A DNA stretch of 64,000 nucleotides from Gemmatimonadales bacterium (lineage in GTDB: Bacteria; Gemmatimonadota; Gemmatimonadetes; Gemmatimonadales; Gemmatimonadaceae). Made by a program: the position numbers and the translations under genes. Position 1 is the first letter of the stretch. Every line of letters starts with the position of its first letter. The notes beneath the pieces were generated by a model that had not been told where the DNA came from, did not search any database, and saw nothing but the letters and a program-made list of their open reading frames with translations. The stretch is taken from NCBI GenBank assembly GCA_038259155.1, contig JBBSPE010000002.1, positions 723 to 64,722 on the forward strand. Reading direction: 5' to 3'. Below are positions 18,011-26,908 of the stretch, one piece after another.

Positions 18011-18131
18011 TACGTGGCGCGGCAGCAGACCGCACCACTCACACGCGGGCGACACCGTAAACGACGCGCCCAGTGTCATCAGCATCCTGTCCTGCTGTCA
18101 GGCAATACCTCTCGTGTCGGCGGCGCGGTAC

Positions 18132-20519
18132 ATGGAACTTGGTATCATGCTACGATGGCTCGAGACGGTCTCGCGGAACGACGTTGGTCTGGTGGGGGGC
18201 AAGAACGCCTCCCTCGGGGAAATGCTCGCGCACCTGGTCGATGAGGGAATCCGTGTGCCCGGCGGCTTCGCGGTCACCGCCGACGGATACCGGGCCTTCC
18301 TCTCCCACAACGCGCTCGAGCCGCGCATGCGCGAGGAGCTGGCCCGGTTGGCCGCCGGTGCACCGCTGCATGAGGTGGGGCAGGCGATTCGTGCGATCAT
18401 GCATGCGGGCGCGCTGCCGGCCGACCTCGCAGATCAGGTGCGCGCCGCCTACGTGGAGCTGGGTCGGCGCTCCGGACGTGAGAATCCGCCGGTGGCGGTG
18501 CGCAGCTCGGCCACGGCTGAGGATTTGCCCGAGGCCAGTTTCGCGGGACAGCAGGAGACCTTCCTCAACGTCGCGGGCGCCGGTGCACTCCTCGAGGCCG
18601 TTCGGGACTGTTTCGTATCCCTCTACACCGATCGGGCCATCACCTACCGAATCCACAACGGATTCGACCATCTCAAGGTGGCGCTGTCGGTGGGCGTACA
18701 GCTCATGGTGCGTTCCGATCGTGGCGCCGCCGGAGTCGCCTTCACCCTCGATACGGAAACCGGTTTCCGCAATCTGATCGAGATCAACGGGGCCTACGGG
18801 CTCGGCGAGAATGTGGTGAAGGGCACCGTGACTCCCGACGAGTGGCGTGTTTTCAAACCGTTGCTCCGCGAAGCGTCGTACACGCCGATTCTCAGCCGGT
18901 CACGCGGAGCCAAGCTGGTGAAGATGGTGCTCGACGCGGCTGGCACCCCGGTGAACATCGACACGAGCCCCGCCGAGCGTGAGGCGCTGGTGCTCGACGA
19001 TACCCAGGTACTCGAACTGGCGCGCTCGTGTGTCCGCATCGAGGCCCACTACGGCATGCCCATGGACATCGAATGGGCACTCGATGGCGAGACGCGCGAA
19101 ATGTTCATCGTGCAGGCTCGCCCGGAGACCGTGCGCTCCCACGACTCGAGTACGCTCACCACGTTCGAACTCGACGAGAAGGGGCCGCTCCTCGCCACCG
19201 GCGTGGCCGTGGGCCAACGCATTGCCGTGGGGCGGGCGTTCGTGCTGGAGAGTATGCGTGACGCCGACCGCTTCGAGGACGGCGGGATTCTCGTGGCGCG
19301 CATGACCGATCCGGACTGGGTGCCACTCATGAAGCGCGCCTCGGCCATCGTGACTGATGCCGGTGGCCGGACGAGTCATGCCGCCATCGTAAGTCGCGAA
19401 CTCGGAATCGCGGCCATCGTGGGAGCGGGCTCGGCCACCACCACGGTGCCTGACGGTGCCATGGTCACGGTGTCCTGTGCCGATGGGCCTGTCGGTCACG
19501 TGTATGAGGGGTCACTCGCCTATCACGAAACTCAGGTTGAACTCAGCGACCTTCCCACCACGCGTACGCAGGTGATGCTCAACATCGCCGATCCCGAGGC
19601 GGCCATGCGCTGGTGGCGCCTGCCGGCGAGCGGTGTGGGGTTGGCGCGCATCGAGTTCGTGATTGAGCACATGTGCAAGGTGCACCCCATGGCGCTGATC
19701 CGCCCAGACGCGCTCACGGCGGAGGTGCGTGCACAGGTGGACAAAGTCACCGCCGGCTACGCGCACGCCCCGGACTTTTTTGTGGCGCGCATGGCCGAAG
19801 GGATCGCAACGATCGCGGCTTCGCAATGGCCGGATCCGGTGATCGTCCGGTTCAGTGACTTCAAGACCAACGAGTACGCCAATCTGTTGGGCGGAGCGGC
19901 CTTTGAGCCACACGAGGAAAACCCGATGCTGGGCTTCCGAGGTGCGTCGCGATACTACAGCGACGCGTACCGCGACGGCTTCGGGCTCGAGTGCCAGGCC
20001 ATTCGGCGGGTGCGCGAGCAGTTCGGGTTCCGGAACGTGGTGGTGATGATCCCGTTCTGCCGCACGCTCGACGAGGCCGATCGCGTGATCGCGGAAATGG
20101 CCAAGCACGGCCTCGTGCGCGGTGAACGCGACCTCGAGGTGTACGTGATGGCCGAGATTCCGAGCAACGTGATTCTCGCGCGCGAGTTCGGCGCCCGGTT
20201 TGACGGCTTCAGTGTTGGCAGCAATGACCTCACGCAACTCACCCTCGGCGTCGATCGTGACAATGAGGCGCTTTCGGCGCTGTTCGACGAGCGCAATCCG
20301 GCGGTGACCCGCTCCATCGAGCTCCTGATCCGCGAAGCCCACGCCGTGGGGTGCAAGGTGGGCATCTGCGGGCAGGCGCCGAGCGACTATCCCGAGTTTG
20401 CGGAGTTGCTGGTGCGCGCCGGCATCGACTCCATCTCGCTCAACCCTGACAGTGTCGTACCCGTGCTGCGGCGTGTCGCGGCCGTGGAGCGGGAGCTCGG
20501 GCAGAGCAGTCTCCGCTAG
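18132..20519 (+). CDS. ppsA: Phosphoenolpyruvate synthase (pyruvate, water dikinase)
   Basis: About 795 aa from MELGIMLRWLETVSRNDVGLVGGKNASLGEM, the classic PpsA N-terminus. It has the phosphohistidine region GGRTSHAAIVSRELG and a C-terminal PEP-utilising domain (GSNDLTQL). The start could instead be 18147. Confidence 0.9.
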   Translation: MELGIMLRWLETVSRNDVGLVGGKNASLGEMLAHLVDEGIRVPGGFAVTADGYRAFLSHNALEPRMREELARLAAGAPLHEVGQAIRAIMHAGALPADLADQVRAAYVELGRRSGRENPPVAVRSSATAEDLPEASFAGQQETFLNVAGAGALLEAVRDCFVSLYTDRAITYRIHNGFDHLKVALSVGVQLMVRSDRGAAGVAFTLDTETGFRNLIEINGAYGLGENVVKGTVTPDEWRVFKPLLREASYTPILSRSRGAKLVKMVLDAAGTPVNIDTSPAEREALVLDDTQVLELARSCVRIEAHYGMPMDIEWALDGETREMFIVQARPETVRSHDSSTLTTFELDEKGPLLATGVAVGQRIAVGRAFVLESMRDADRFEDGGILVARMTDPDWVPLMKRASAIVTDAGGRTSHAAIVSRELGIAAIVGAGSATTTVPDGAMVTVSCADGPVGHVYEGSLAYHETQVELSDLPTTRTQVMLNIADPEAAMRWWRLPASGVGLARIEFVIEHMCKVHPMALIRPDALTAEVRAQVDKVTAGYAHAPDFFVARMAEGIATIAASQWPDPVIVRFSDFKTNEYANLLGGAAFEPHEENPMLGFRGASRYYSDAYRDGFGLECQAIRRVREQFGFRNVVVMIPFCRTLDEADRVIAEMAKHGLVRGERDLEVYVMAEIPSNVILAREFGARFDGFSVGSNDLTQLTLGVDRDNEALSALFDERNPAVTRSIELLIREAHAVGCKVGICGQAPSDYPEFAELLVRAGIDSISLNPDSVVPVLRRVAAVERELGQSSLR

Positions 20520-20544
20520 TCGCTTTCGGACGCGGCGCGCGGCG

Positions 20545-21300
20545 TTATTGGTGAGCGTGGTGCGTGTCCGCCAGGCGAACCGCAGGCGCACCCGCGTAGG
20601 TGGCGTGCGGTTGCAGTACCGCCCCCTTGGGCACCACGCTGAGCGCTCCCACCACCGTGCCGGCTCCGATGGTGCTCCCGATCCCCACTACGCATCCAAC
20701 ACCGAGTGTCGCGCCGCGCCCCACATATACCGCGGCGGTCTTGAGCATGCCCCGCTCCACCGTGTGCCCGGACATATGCGTGTCCGAACCGATGACCACC
20801 TCGTCGTCGAGCGTGAGCAGGTTGTGGTCCATGAGACTCAAACTGTTCACCCACACGCCACGTCCGATACGGGCGCCGTTCCAGCGCATGTACATGGCCC
20901 AGAACGGCGTAGAGCGGAACACCGGCCCGGCGAACTGTGAGGCGACGTGCGTGGAGATCATATAGCGACCCCAGTTGAGCACTGGCCAGGTCATGCCACG
21001 CAGCGGCTCGTCGAGATTGGGCGCCGTACGCCAGCCCAGCAGGCGGGCACCGAACGCCGAGTAGCCGAGTACTCCCAAAGCGAACACGATATATCCGGGA
21101 ATGGCGAGGGCGGCCAGGAACAGCACGCGGCCCCAGGGCGGCACCGTGGACAGGCGCGCGCCCCAGCTCCAGAGCGCGACGGCCGGTAGCGCGGATACTG
21201 CCAGAACGGTGGTCTCAAAGACCACCACGGACACCATCGCCCACAGCATGCGAAGTCGAGGCCCGAACCCCTCAGCCGTACTCCCGGGTATCACCGTCAT
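20545..21300 (-). CDS. Membrane-anchored left-handed beta-helix (hexapeptide-repeat) protein
   Basis: The N-terminal half has 3-4 hydrophobic helices. The C-terminal half (IGRGVWVN...VIGSDTHMSGH...VGRGATLGVGCVVGIGSTIGAGTVVGALSVV) is hexapeptide-repeat-like. The start is uncertain (21300 or 21249). Confidence 0.6.
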   Translation of the reverse strand: MTVIPGSTAEGFGPRLRMLWAMVSVVVFETTVLAVSALPAVALWSWGARLSTVPPWGRVLFLAALAIPGYIVFALGVLGYSAFGARLLGWRTAPNLDEPLRGMTWPVLNWGRYMISTHVASQFAGPVFRSTPFWAMYMRWNGARIGRGVWVNSLSLMDHNLLTLDDEVVIGSDTHMSGHTVERGMLKTAAVYVGRGATLGVGCVVGIGSTIGAGTVVGALSVVPKGAVLQPHATYAGAPAVRLADTHHAHQ

Positions 21301-21301
21301 T

Positions 21302-22201
21302 ATGAATGCCCCGTTGCGTGCGTCTTCCGTGAATACGTCCCCGATTGGTGAGCATACTCCGCCCAGCGGGGGTGAGCCAGCGGCGTACCCGTCACGCGCC
21401 GTGTCTTCGCTCACGCACCCGTCGCTCCGGTGGCACGGGACCGGCGCTCCGCTCATCTACGTGCCCGGCATTGACGGCACCGGGGAGCTGTTCTTCTCGC
21501 AGATTCCTCGGCTTGCCCCAACGCATCGGGTGGCAACGTACCGATTGCGGGACAGCGCCGAGCACATGGACGAGTTGGTGCATGATCTGGCCGATGTGGT
21601 GCGGCAGACGTCACCCTCGGGCGAACCGGCAACGCTGGTGGCCGAGTCTTTTGGTGGCGCGCTGGCGCTGAACTTTGCGCTTGTGCATCCGGAGTTGGCG
21701 AAGTCCCTCGTGGTGCTCAACTCGTTCGCCAGCTACCATGTGCCGTGGCAGCTGCAGGTCGCGATCGGCGGGCTCAAGCTGCTGCCTTGGGAATTCAGCC
21801 GATGGCTCCAGCAGTTTTCCGCCGAGCGGCTGCATTCCGCGTCAACGGCCCGCGCGGACATCGAGCGGGCGCAGTCACTCCGCGGGGCCTCGACGCGTGA
21901 GGGATACCTCAACCGGCTTCGCATGTTGGCGGCCTATGACGTGCGCGAGCAGTTGGGCCGGCTGGAGACGCCCACGCTGTTTCTGGCGGGAGACCGCGAC
22001 GCACTCATTCCCTCTGTGCAGCAGGCGCACTTCATGGCCGGCCGCGCTCCCGACGCGAGTGTGAAAGTTCTGCAGGGACACGGGCACGCGGCGCTACTGG
22101 CCCCTGAGGTTGATATCGGGGCGCTTCTGGCGGAGTGGACAAAGTCGCGCTCACACGTTGGCGGGGACGTTGCGCAGGTTCCCTTGCCAGGCAACGGCTA
22201 G
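21302..22201 (+). CDS. Alpha/beta-fold hydrolase
   Basis: PLIYVPGIDGTGELF, the nucleophile elbow AESFGG, and a C-terminal HGHAALL fit an alpha/beta hydrolase. The start is uncertain because the first ATG sits 1 nt from the divergent neighbour's ATG. Confidence 0.7.
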   Translation: MNAPLRASSVNTSPIGEHTPPSGGEPAAYPSRAVSSLTHPSLRWHGTGAPLIYVPGIDGTGELFFSQIPRLAPTHRVATYRLRDSAEHMDELVHDLADVVRQTSPSGEPATLVAESFGGALALNFALVHPELAKSLVVLNSFASYHVPWQLQVAIGGLKLLPWEFSRWLQQFSAERLHSASTARADIERAQSLRGASTREGYLNRLRMLAAYDVREQLGRLETPTLFLAGDRDALIPSVQQAHFMAGRAPDASVKVLQGHGHAALLAPEVDIGALLAEWTKSRSHVGGDVAQVPLPGNG

Positions 22202-22265
22202 ATTTGCGCAACGAGACCCTTGTCACTCCATCGCAACCTTCTTTCTCCCTGCCGCACCCATAGCC

Positions 22266-23504
22266 CTACCGCGCAAACACCGCCGGATCGCTGATCACCC
22301 ACTGATCGTGGTTCGGCCACCAGCTGAGACGCGCCGCGGGGCGCAGCTGGATGACGCGCGTACCGGCGGGCACCGGCGCCCAGTACTGCGCCACGGGATC
22401 GCTGTCGCGACTCACTCGCTGCTGCGCAGCCGCTCTCCACGTGGCCCCACCATTGGTGGAGAATTCCACAGCCCGGCCTCGGCTCACAAACCGCAGGTGC
22501 GCCCCCACCGGTGCCGGGGCCGGCAGCGTGATCGTTCCGCCCGCGTCCACAAACAGACGCGGACTTGCCCGCAGCACGGTGAAGGGCCTCGACGGCGCAA
22601 GGCGCACGTCGTCCCAGTGCCAGCTATTGGGCGCGGCACAGCCACTGCACTTGAGCGGCGTGTAGGAATAGTGCGCGAACTGCACCAACGCCTCCGTCAT
22701 CGGCAGCGGGCGATCCAGCGGCGCGTCCACAAACCAGAGGTCGAGCTCCGGCATGCCGACGCGCACACGGTCCCTCGACACCCGAATCTCAAACGCTGTT
22801 CGCACGGTGGCGCTGGGCGGAATCACCTCGGCCAATGCACGCCACCCCTCACAGGGCAGCGGTGTGATCTCGAACTCGCGGATCACGCTCGCGCAGAATC
22901 CGCCGGTTGAGGTCATTTCCACGAACAGTCCGTTCGCCGGCACGCTGTTGAGATCGGGCGCCGAATGCGAGGCCGGCACCGCGAGCTGGTCATCCCACGG
23001 TGTGAGCCAGACGCCCACCCAGTCGCGGGACGAACGGCTGAGCGTGGACAGCGCGAAGCGCACCACGGCCTCACCCTGATCGAGCGCGAGCAGGCGATCG
23101 GGCGTGAGCACCACCGCCCCATAGCCGTCGGCCCGAAGCGATGTCATGATGTGGTTGCGACATCGATACACCAGCTCCTCCCACGCAGTCACGCGGTGCG
23201 TCGCGGGAAAAGCACCGCAGTCCATACCGTGATGCGCATCGAGCGGCTGCGGCGCACGCCAGGTGTCCCTGTCCCGCGACGTGAGCTGCACATCCCAGCC
23301 GGCTTCGTTGAAGGGCAGCGGAGCGGAAGGCGACCCGTCAAATGTGAACGTGCCTGTTGTGGCGGGCGGCCGGCTGGAATCAGACGGCGCCGTAAGGTCC
23401 GGCCCGAGGTCGCGTGGGTCCCCCTCAGCACCGCAGGCGGCGAGCGCGACGGCAGCGAGCGCCAGCACGGCAACAGACAGCGAGCGGTGAACGGAACGGT
23501 GCAT
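22266..23504 (-). CDS. Hypothetical lipoprotein (about 412 aa), unknown family
   Basis: MHRSVHRSLSVAVLALAAVALAAC gives a signal peptide plus lipobox. The rest shows no motif I recognise. Confidence 0.55.
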   Translation of the reverse strand: MHRSVHRSLSVAVLALAAVALAACGAEGDPRDLGPDLTAPSDSSRPPATTGTFTFDGSPSAPLPFNEAGWDVQLTSRDRDTWRAPQPLDAHHGMDCGAFPATHRVTAWEELVYRCRNHIMTSLRADGYGAVVLTPDRLLALDQGEAVVRFALSTLSRSSRDWVGVWLTPWDDQLAVPASHSAPDLNSVPANGLFVEMTSTGGFCASVIREFEITPLPCEGWRALAEVIPPSATVRTAFEIRVSRDRVRVGMPELDLWFVDAPLDRPLPMTEALVQFAHYSYTPLKCSGCAAPNSWHWDDVRLAPSRPFTVLRASPRLFVDAGGTITLPAPAPVGAHLRFVSRGRAVEFSTNGGATWRAAAQQRVSRDSDPVAQYWAPVPAGTRVIQLRPAARLSWWPNHDQWVISDPAVFAR

Positions 23505-23530
23505 AGGACAAACCTGCACTGAACGAGTGC

Positions 23531-23572
23531 AACAATAAAGAGCGGGCCCTTCGAAAGTTCGAAGAGCCCGCT
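23531..23572 (-). terminator. Intrinsic terminator-like hairpin
   Basis: A 15-bp stem with one mismatch (agcgggcccttcgaa / ttcgaagagcccgct, 23541-23572) and a 2-nt loop. On the minus strand it is followed by CUUUAUUGUU. It lies about 50 nt after the stop at 23625. Confidence 0.55.
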
Positions 23573-23624
23573 TCCTACGTCAATGGCCGACGTCACATCG
23601 GCCGTTCGGACAAGGCAGGGTTCG

Positions 23625-24182
23625 CTACTCGCCCTCCATGTCAAACGCAAACGCATCGGCCTCGCGCACCATGTCGAGCCAGCTCTCGGCGCCGGCCTCA
23701 CCGAGCGTGTTCGCGCCTCCACCCGTCTCCGCCGTGGCGTACAGGGTACTGAGGGTGAAACTCAGGGCCCGGTCAGTGCCCTCCGGCCAATCGGGCATGG
23801 ACAGACCAGCCGCCACCCGACGCAACGTGGGACCGTTTTCGCCCAGCAGCTGGGCCGCACGCAGTTCGAGCGTGCCAATGGGAATGTCGAGATCGCGGGT
23901 GACCAACTTTCCATTGTCGTCGCGCCACGCGGAATCGCCCATCGCACCGCGATCGGACCAAATTCCGAGATGACGGACCACTCCGGTCCGCATGTCCTCC
24001 AGTCGCTCGCTCTCCACCGTGGCCGCCAGGGCCAAGGCCAGCGCATAGGCGTCCGCCGCTCCGTAGAGCGTGACCACCTCGCGCCGAGAGCGTGTGCCGA
24101 AGGGGAGCACGGGAAGTGAATTCACGTGCGCCATAACCGGCGAATCGGTCCGACCATTCTCCAGTCGGACGAGTACATCCAT
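23625..24182 (-). CDS. Hypothetical acidic cytoplasmic protein (about 185 aa)
   Basis: ORF 23625-24290. The internal Met (MDVLVRLENG) is preferred only because the upstream part is Arg/Pro-rich noise. I recognise no family. Confidence 0.4.
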   Translation of the reverse strand: MDVLVRLENGRTDSPVMAHVNSLPVLPFGTRSRREVVTLYGAADAYALALALAATVESERLEDMRTGVVRHLGIWSDRGAMGDSAWRDDNGKLVTRDLDIPIGTLELRAAQLLGENGPTLRRVAAGLSMPDWPEGTDRALSFTLSTLYATAETGGGANTLGEAGAESWLDMVREADAFAFDMEGE

Positions 24183-24415
24183 GGGATCCTCCAAGGGGAT
24201 GTGGTGAAGGCGCGGGCGCCCGAGGTCCGCCTTCGCGGGGCTCTTGGGTACAGACGTCGCACACGCCATATTGCAACGTACCCCGTGCAAGGATGGTGCC
24301 GGGTAATCCGGGTCACGACCACTGCAACACGCCGGTCACGAAAAATCCCGGTCTGAGCGCGCTGTGCGGGGAGCCCACTGCAAACACGCATCCAACCCGG
24401 ATGCGCGGTCCCTGA

Positions 24416-24892
24416 CTACATGCCAGGCGCAGTCGACGTACGCTGTTCGGGTACCCCTGACGCCCAAGGGGTGACCAGCAGCGCCAGCGCGAGTGCCAGC
24501 GCGAGGGGCAGCGCGCGACCGACAGAGGTCACGACGGCGTACCCGATGCCCAAGGCAGGGGGCACAAGCCACAGGTTGAACAGCACGAACGCGACCGGCA
24601 CGAGAAGCGCGGCCAGCGCAAACGCCCAGCCACGAAACTGGCGCGTGATGAGGCCCAGCAGCGCGCCCCACACCAGCGCGATGATGACGTGATGCACCAC
24701 GCCGACCGCGGTCGCGAGGATGGGCAGCGCGGTGCCGCTGCTGGCGTCCGACTCGAGCAACATGCGACCCGCATTGCGAAATGCCTTGGTGGGGTCGCCG
24801 TCGTGACGGCCAAACGCAGTCAGCGCACCAGCGCTGGCCATCGCCACCAATAGTCCGGCGGTGCCGAGACGCGACTTTCGCTGCAATGCCAT
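24416..24892 (-). CDS. Small integral membrane protein (158 aa, about 4 TM), hypothetical
   Basis: This is the C-terminal part of ORF 24416-25681, starting at MALQRKSRLGTAGLLVAMASAGAL. It contains four clear hydrophobic segments. The upstream part of that ORF is antisense to the DUF1800 gene. Confidence 0.5.
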   Translation of the reverse strand: MALQRKSRLGTAGLLVAMASAGALTAFGRHDGDPTKAFRNAGRMLLESDASSGTALPILATAVGVVHHVIIALVWGALLGLITRQFRGWAFALAALLVPVAFVLFNLWLVPPALGIGYAVVTSVGRALPLALALALALLVTPWASGVPEQRTSTAPGM

Positions 24893-25082
24893 GGTATCAA
24901 GCAATCGGGTTGCGACGGCTGGCTCAAGGGCGATGCGGGCGAAAGGCCCAATCCTCGCGCGACGGCACGGCGCAAACACTCGGCTCAACAGTTCTGCGGT
25001 GTGTCGCGTTAACGCCTCCTGGCGCGCGCCGTCCATACAGGAGACCGGGGTCGTACACGTATCCCACCTTGCCAGAGTCCAC

Positions 25083-26879
25083 ATGCCAGACATTCGCCCG
25101 CTTGCCCGCTCCGGGCCCACCGCCCGACGCATCGCGATCGTTGCCGTCGCCGCGTTGATCACATCCGTCGCGTCCAGCGCCCAGGCGCAATCCGCCATGT
25201 CCCCAGTCGCGGGACGCGAGCAGACCGCCGACCAGCAGGTCCACCACGCCCTCAACCGCTTGGCCTTCGGAGCTCGGCCCGGCGACGTGGAGCGGGTACG
25301 CGCCATGGGCGTGGACGCCTGGATCGAGCAGCAGCTGCATCCGGAGCGCATCACCGACACAGCAACCGAGCAGTGGCTCACGCGCTTCCCCACCCTCACC
25401 ATGAGCGGCTCGCAGTTCATGGCCCAGTACCCGCCGCCAGGGCAGTTGCAGCGGCAGTTGGCGATGCAGCAGCGTGGCGGCGGCAAAGTGCCCGGAGGCA
25501 CCGTGCCCAGAGGCACCGTGCCCGGCAGCTCCGTTGCAATCTCGCCCGCTGATTCGGTGCGTCTGCGCGATGCTCGGCGCGCCACGGCCCGCGCCAGCAG
25601 CGAGCTGGCCGTGGCCCGCACCGGCCGCGCGGTCATGAGCGAACGACAGCTGCAGGAAGTCATGGTGGACTTCTGGGCCAATCACTTCAACGTGTTCGCC
25701 GGCAAACCCCAGACGCGCTACTACATCGCGGAATACGAGCGCGAGGCGATTCGCCCCAACGCACTGGGCAGCTTCCGCGCGCTACTGGGCGCGGTGGCAA
25801 AAAGCCCGGCCATGCTCACCTACCTCGACCAGTGGCAGAGCGTGGCCGACAGCGGACGCCAGACGCTCGCGTCGGTGCGACAGGCTCGCGCTGCGCGCAT
25901 GCGTGCGGCCAGTGCCAACCGTCCACGCGGCATCAATGAGAATTACGCCCGCGAGCTGATGGAGCTGCACACACTGGGCGTGGATGGCGGCTACACGCAG
26001 CAGGATGTGATGGAAGTGGCGCGCGCCCTCACCGGATGGACGCTCTCGCGGGGCGCCGGACAGGGCGGCAGTTTCGTATTCCGTCCCGACGTGCATGACG
26101 CGGGCGCCAAGCGCATCCTCGGTCAGACGTTCCCCGCCGGTCGCGGCCAGGACGACGGCGAGCGCGTGCTCGACCTGCTCGCAGCGCATGCGAGTACGGC
26201 GCACTTCATTGCCACCAAACTCGTGCGCCACTTCGTGAGTGACGAGCCGCCGGCAGCGCTCGTGGACCGTGCGACGGTGGTCTTCACGAAGACCAAGGGT
26301 GACATCCGCGAAGTGATGCGCACCATCATCACGAGTGACGAGTTCTTCGCGACCGATGCGTATCGGGCCAAAGTGAAGACGCCGTTCGAGCTGGTTGTGA
26401 GCGCGTCGCGCGCGCTGGGTGGTCTGGCCGACCCCACGCCCGCGACGGCACAGCTGATCGCGCGCATGGGGCAGCCGATCTACGGCCGCTCCACGCCGGA
26501 CGGCTATCCGGACACCGCGGATGAATGGATCAACACCGGCGCCATCCTGAACCGCATGAACTTCGGGCTCGCTGTGGGCGCCAACCGCCTGCCGGGCGCT
26601 CGGCTCAACCAGTGGGAGACGGCGCGGACGCTGCGTACGGAACCGGCCGAGGTTCAGGTGGACGGCCTGGTGAGAGCACTGCTTGGTGGCGACGTGTCCG
26701 CCGACACACGAGCGATTCTGCTGAGTGGTGAGAATCCGTTGCTGGCGCGCGCGCCGACCGGCAGTGATTCGATTTTCCGTGCCGATCCGGACGCCGAAAC
26801 GAATGACATGAAGCGCATGAACGGATTTCCCAAGCTCGTGGGACTCGCCATTGGCGCGCCCGAGTTTCAGCGTCGCTGA
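25083..26879 (+). CDS. DUF1800-family protein
   Basis: DFWANHFNVF, AMLTYLD and NENYARELMELHTLGVDGGYTQQDV are DUF1800 hallmarks. The start is at MPDIRPLARSG, followed by a signal-like segment. Confidence 0.85.
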   Translation: MPDIRPLARSGPTARRIAIVAVAALITSVASSAQAQSAMSPVAGREQTADQQVHHALNRLAFGARPGDVERVRAMGVDAWIEQQLHPERITDTATEQWLTRFPTLTMSGSQFMAQYPPPGQLQRQLAMQQRGGGKVPGGTVPRGTVPGSSVAISPADSVRLRDARRATARASSELAVARTGRAVMSERQLQEVMVDFWANHFNVFAGKPQTRYYIAEYEREAIRPNALGSFRALLGAVAKSPAMLTYLDQWQSVADSGRQTLASVRQARAARMRAASANRPRGINENYARELMELHTLGVDGGYTQQDVMEVARALTGWTLSRGAGQGGSFVFRPDVHDAGAKRILGQTFPAGRGQDDGERVLDLLAAHASTAHFIATKLVRHFVSDEPPAALVDRATVVFTKTKGDIREVMRTIITSDEFFATDAYRAKVKTPFELVVSASRALGGLADPTPATAQLIARMGQPIYGRSTPDGYPDTADEWINTGAILNRMNFGLAVGANRLPGARLNQWETARTLRTEPAEVQVDGLVRALLGGDVSADTRAILLSGENPLLARAPTGSDSIFRADPDAETNDMKRMNGFPKLVGLAIGAPEFQRR

Positions 26880-26908
26880 CCACCCCACCTGAGATAAAGG
26901 ACACATCA

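Noticed and set aside
17558-18085. The ORF divergent from ppsA could be the PEP synthase regulatory protein (PpsR/DUF299).
   Set aside because: No P-loop (GxSRxGKT) or other DUF299 motif appears in any frame of 17.4-18.1 kb. The translation looks like high-GC noise.
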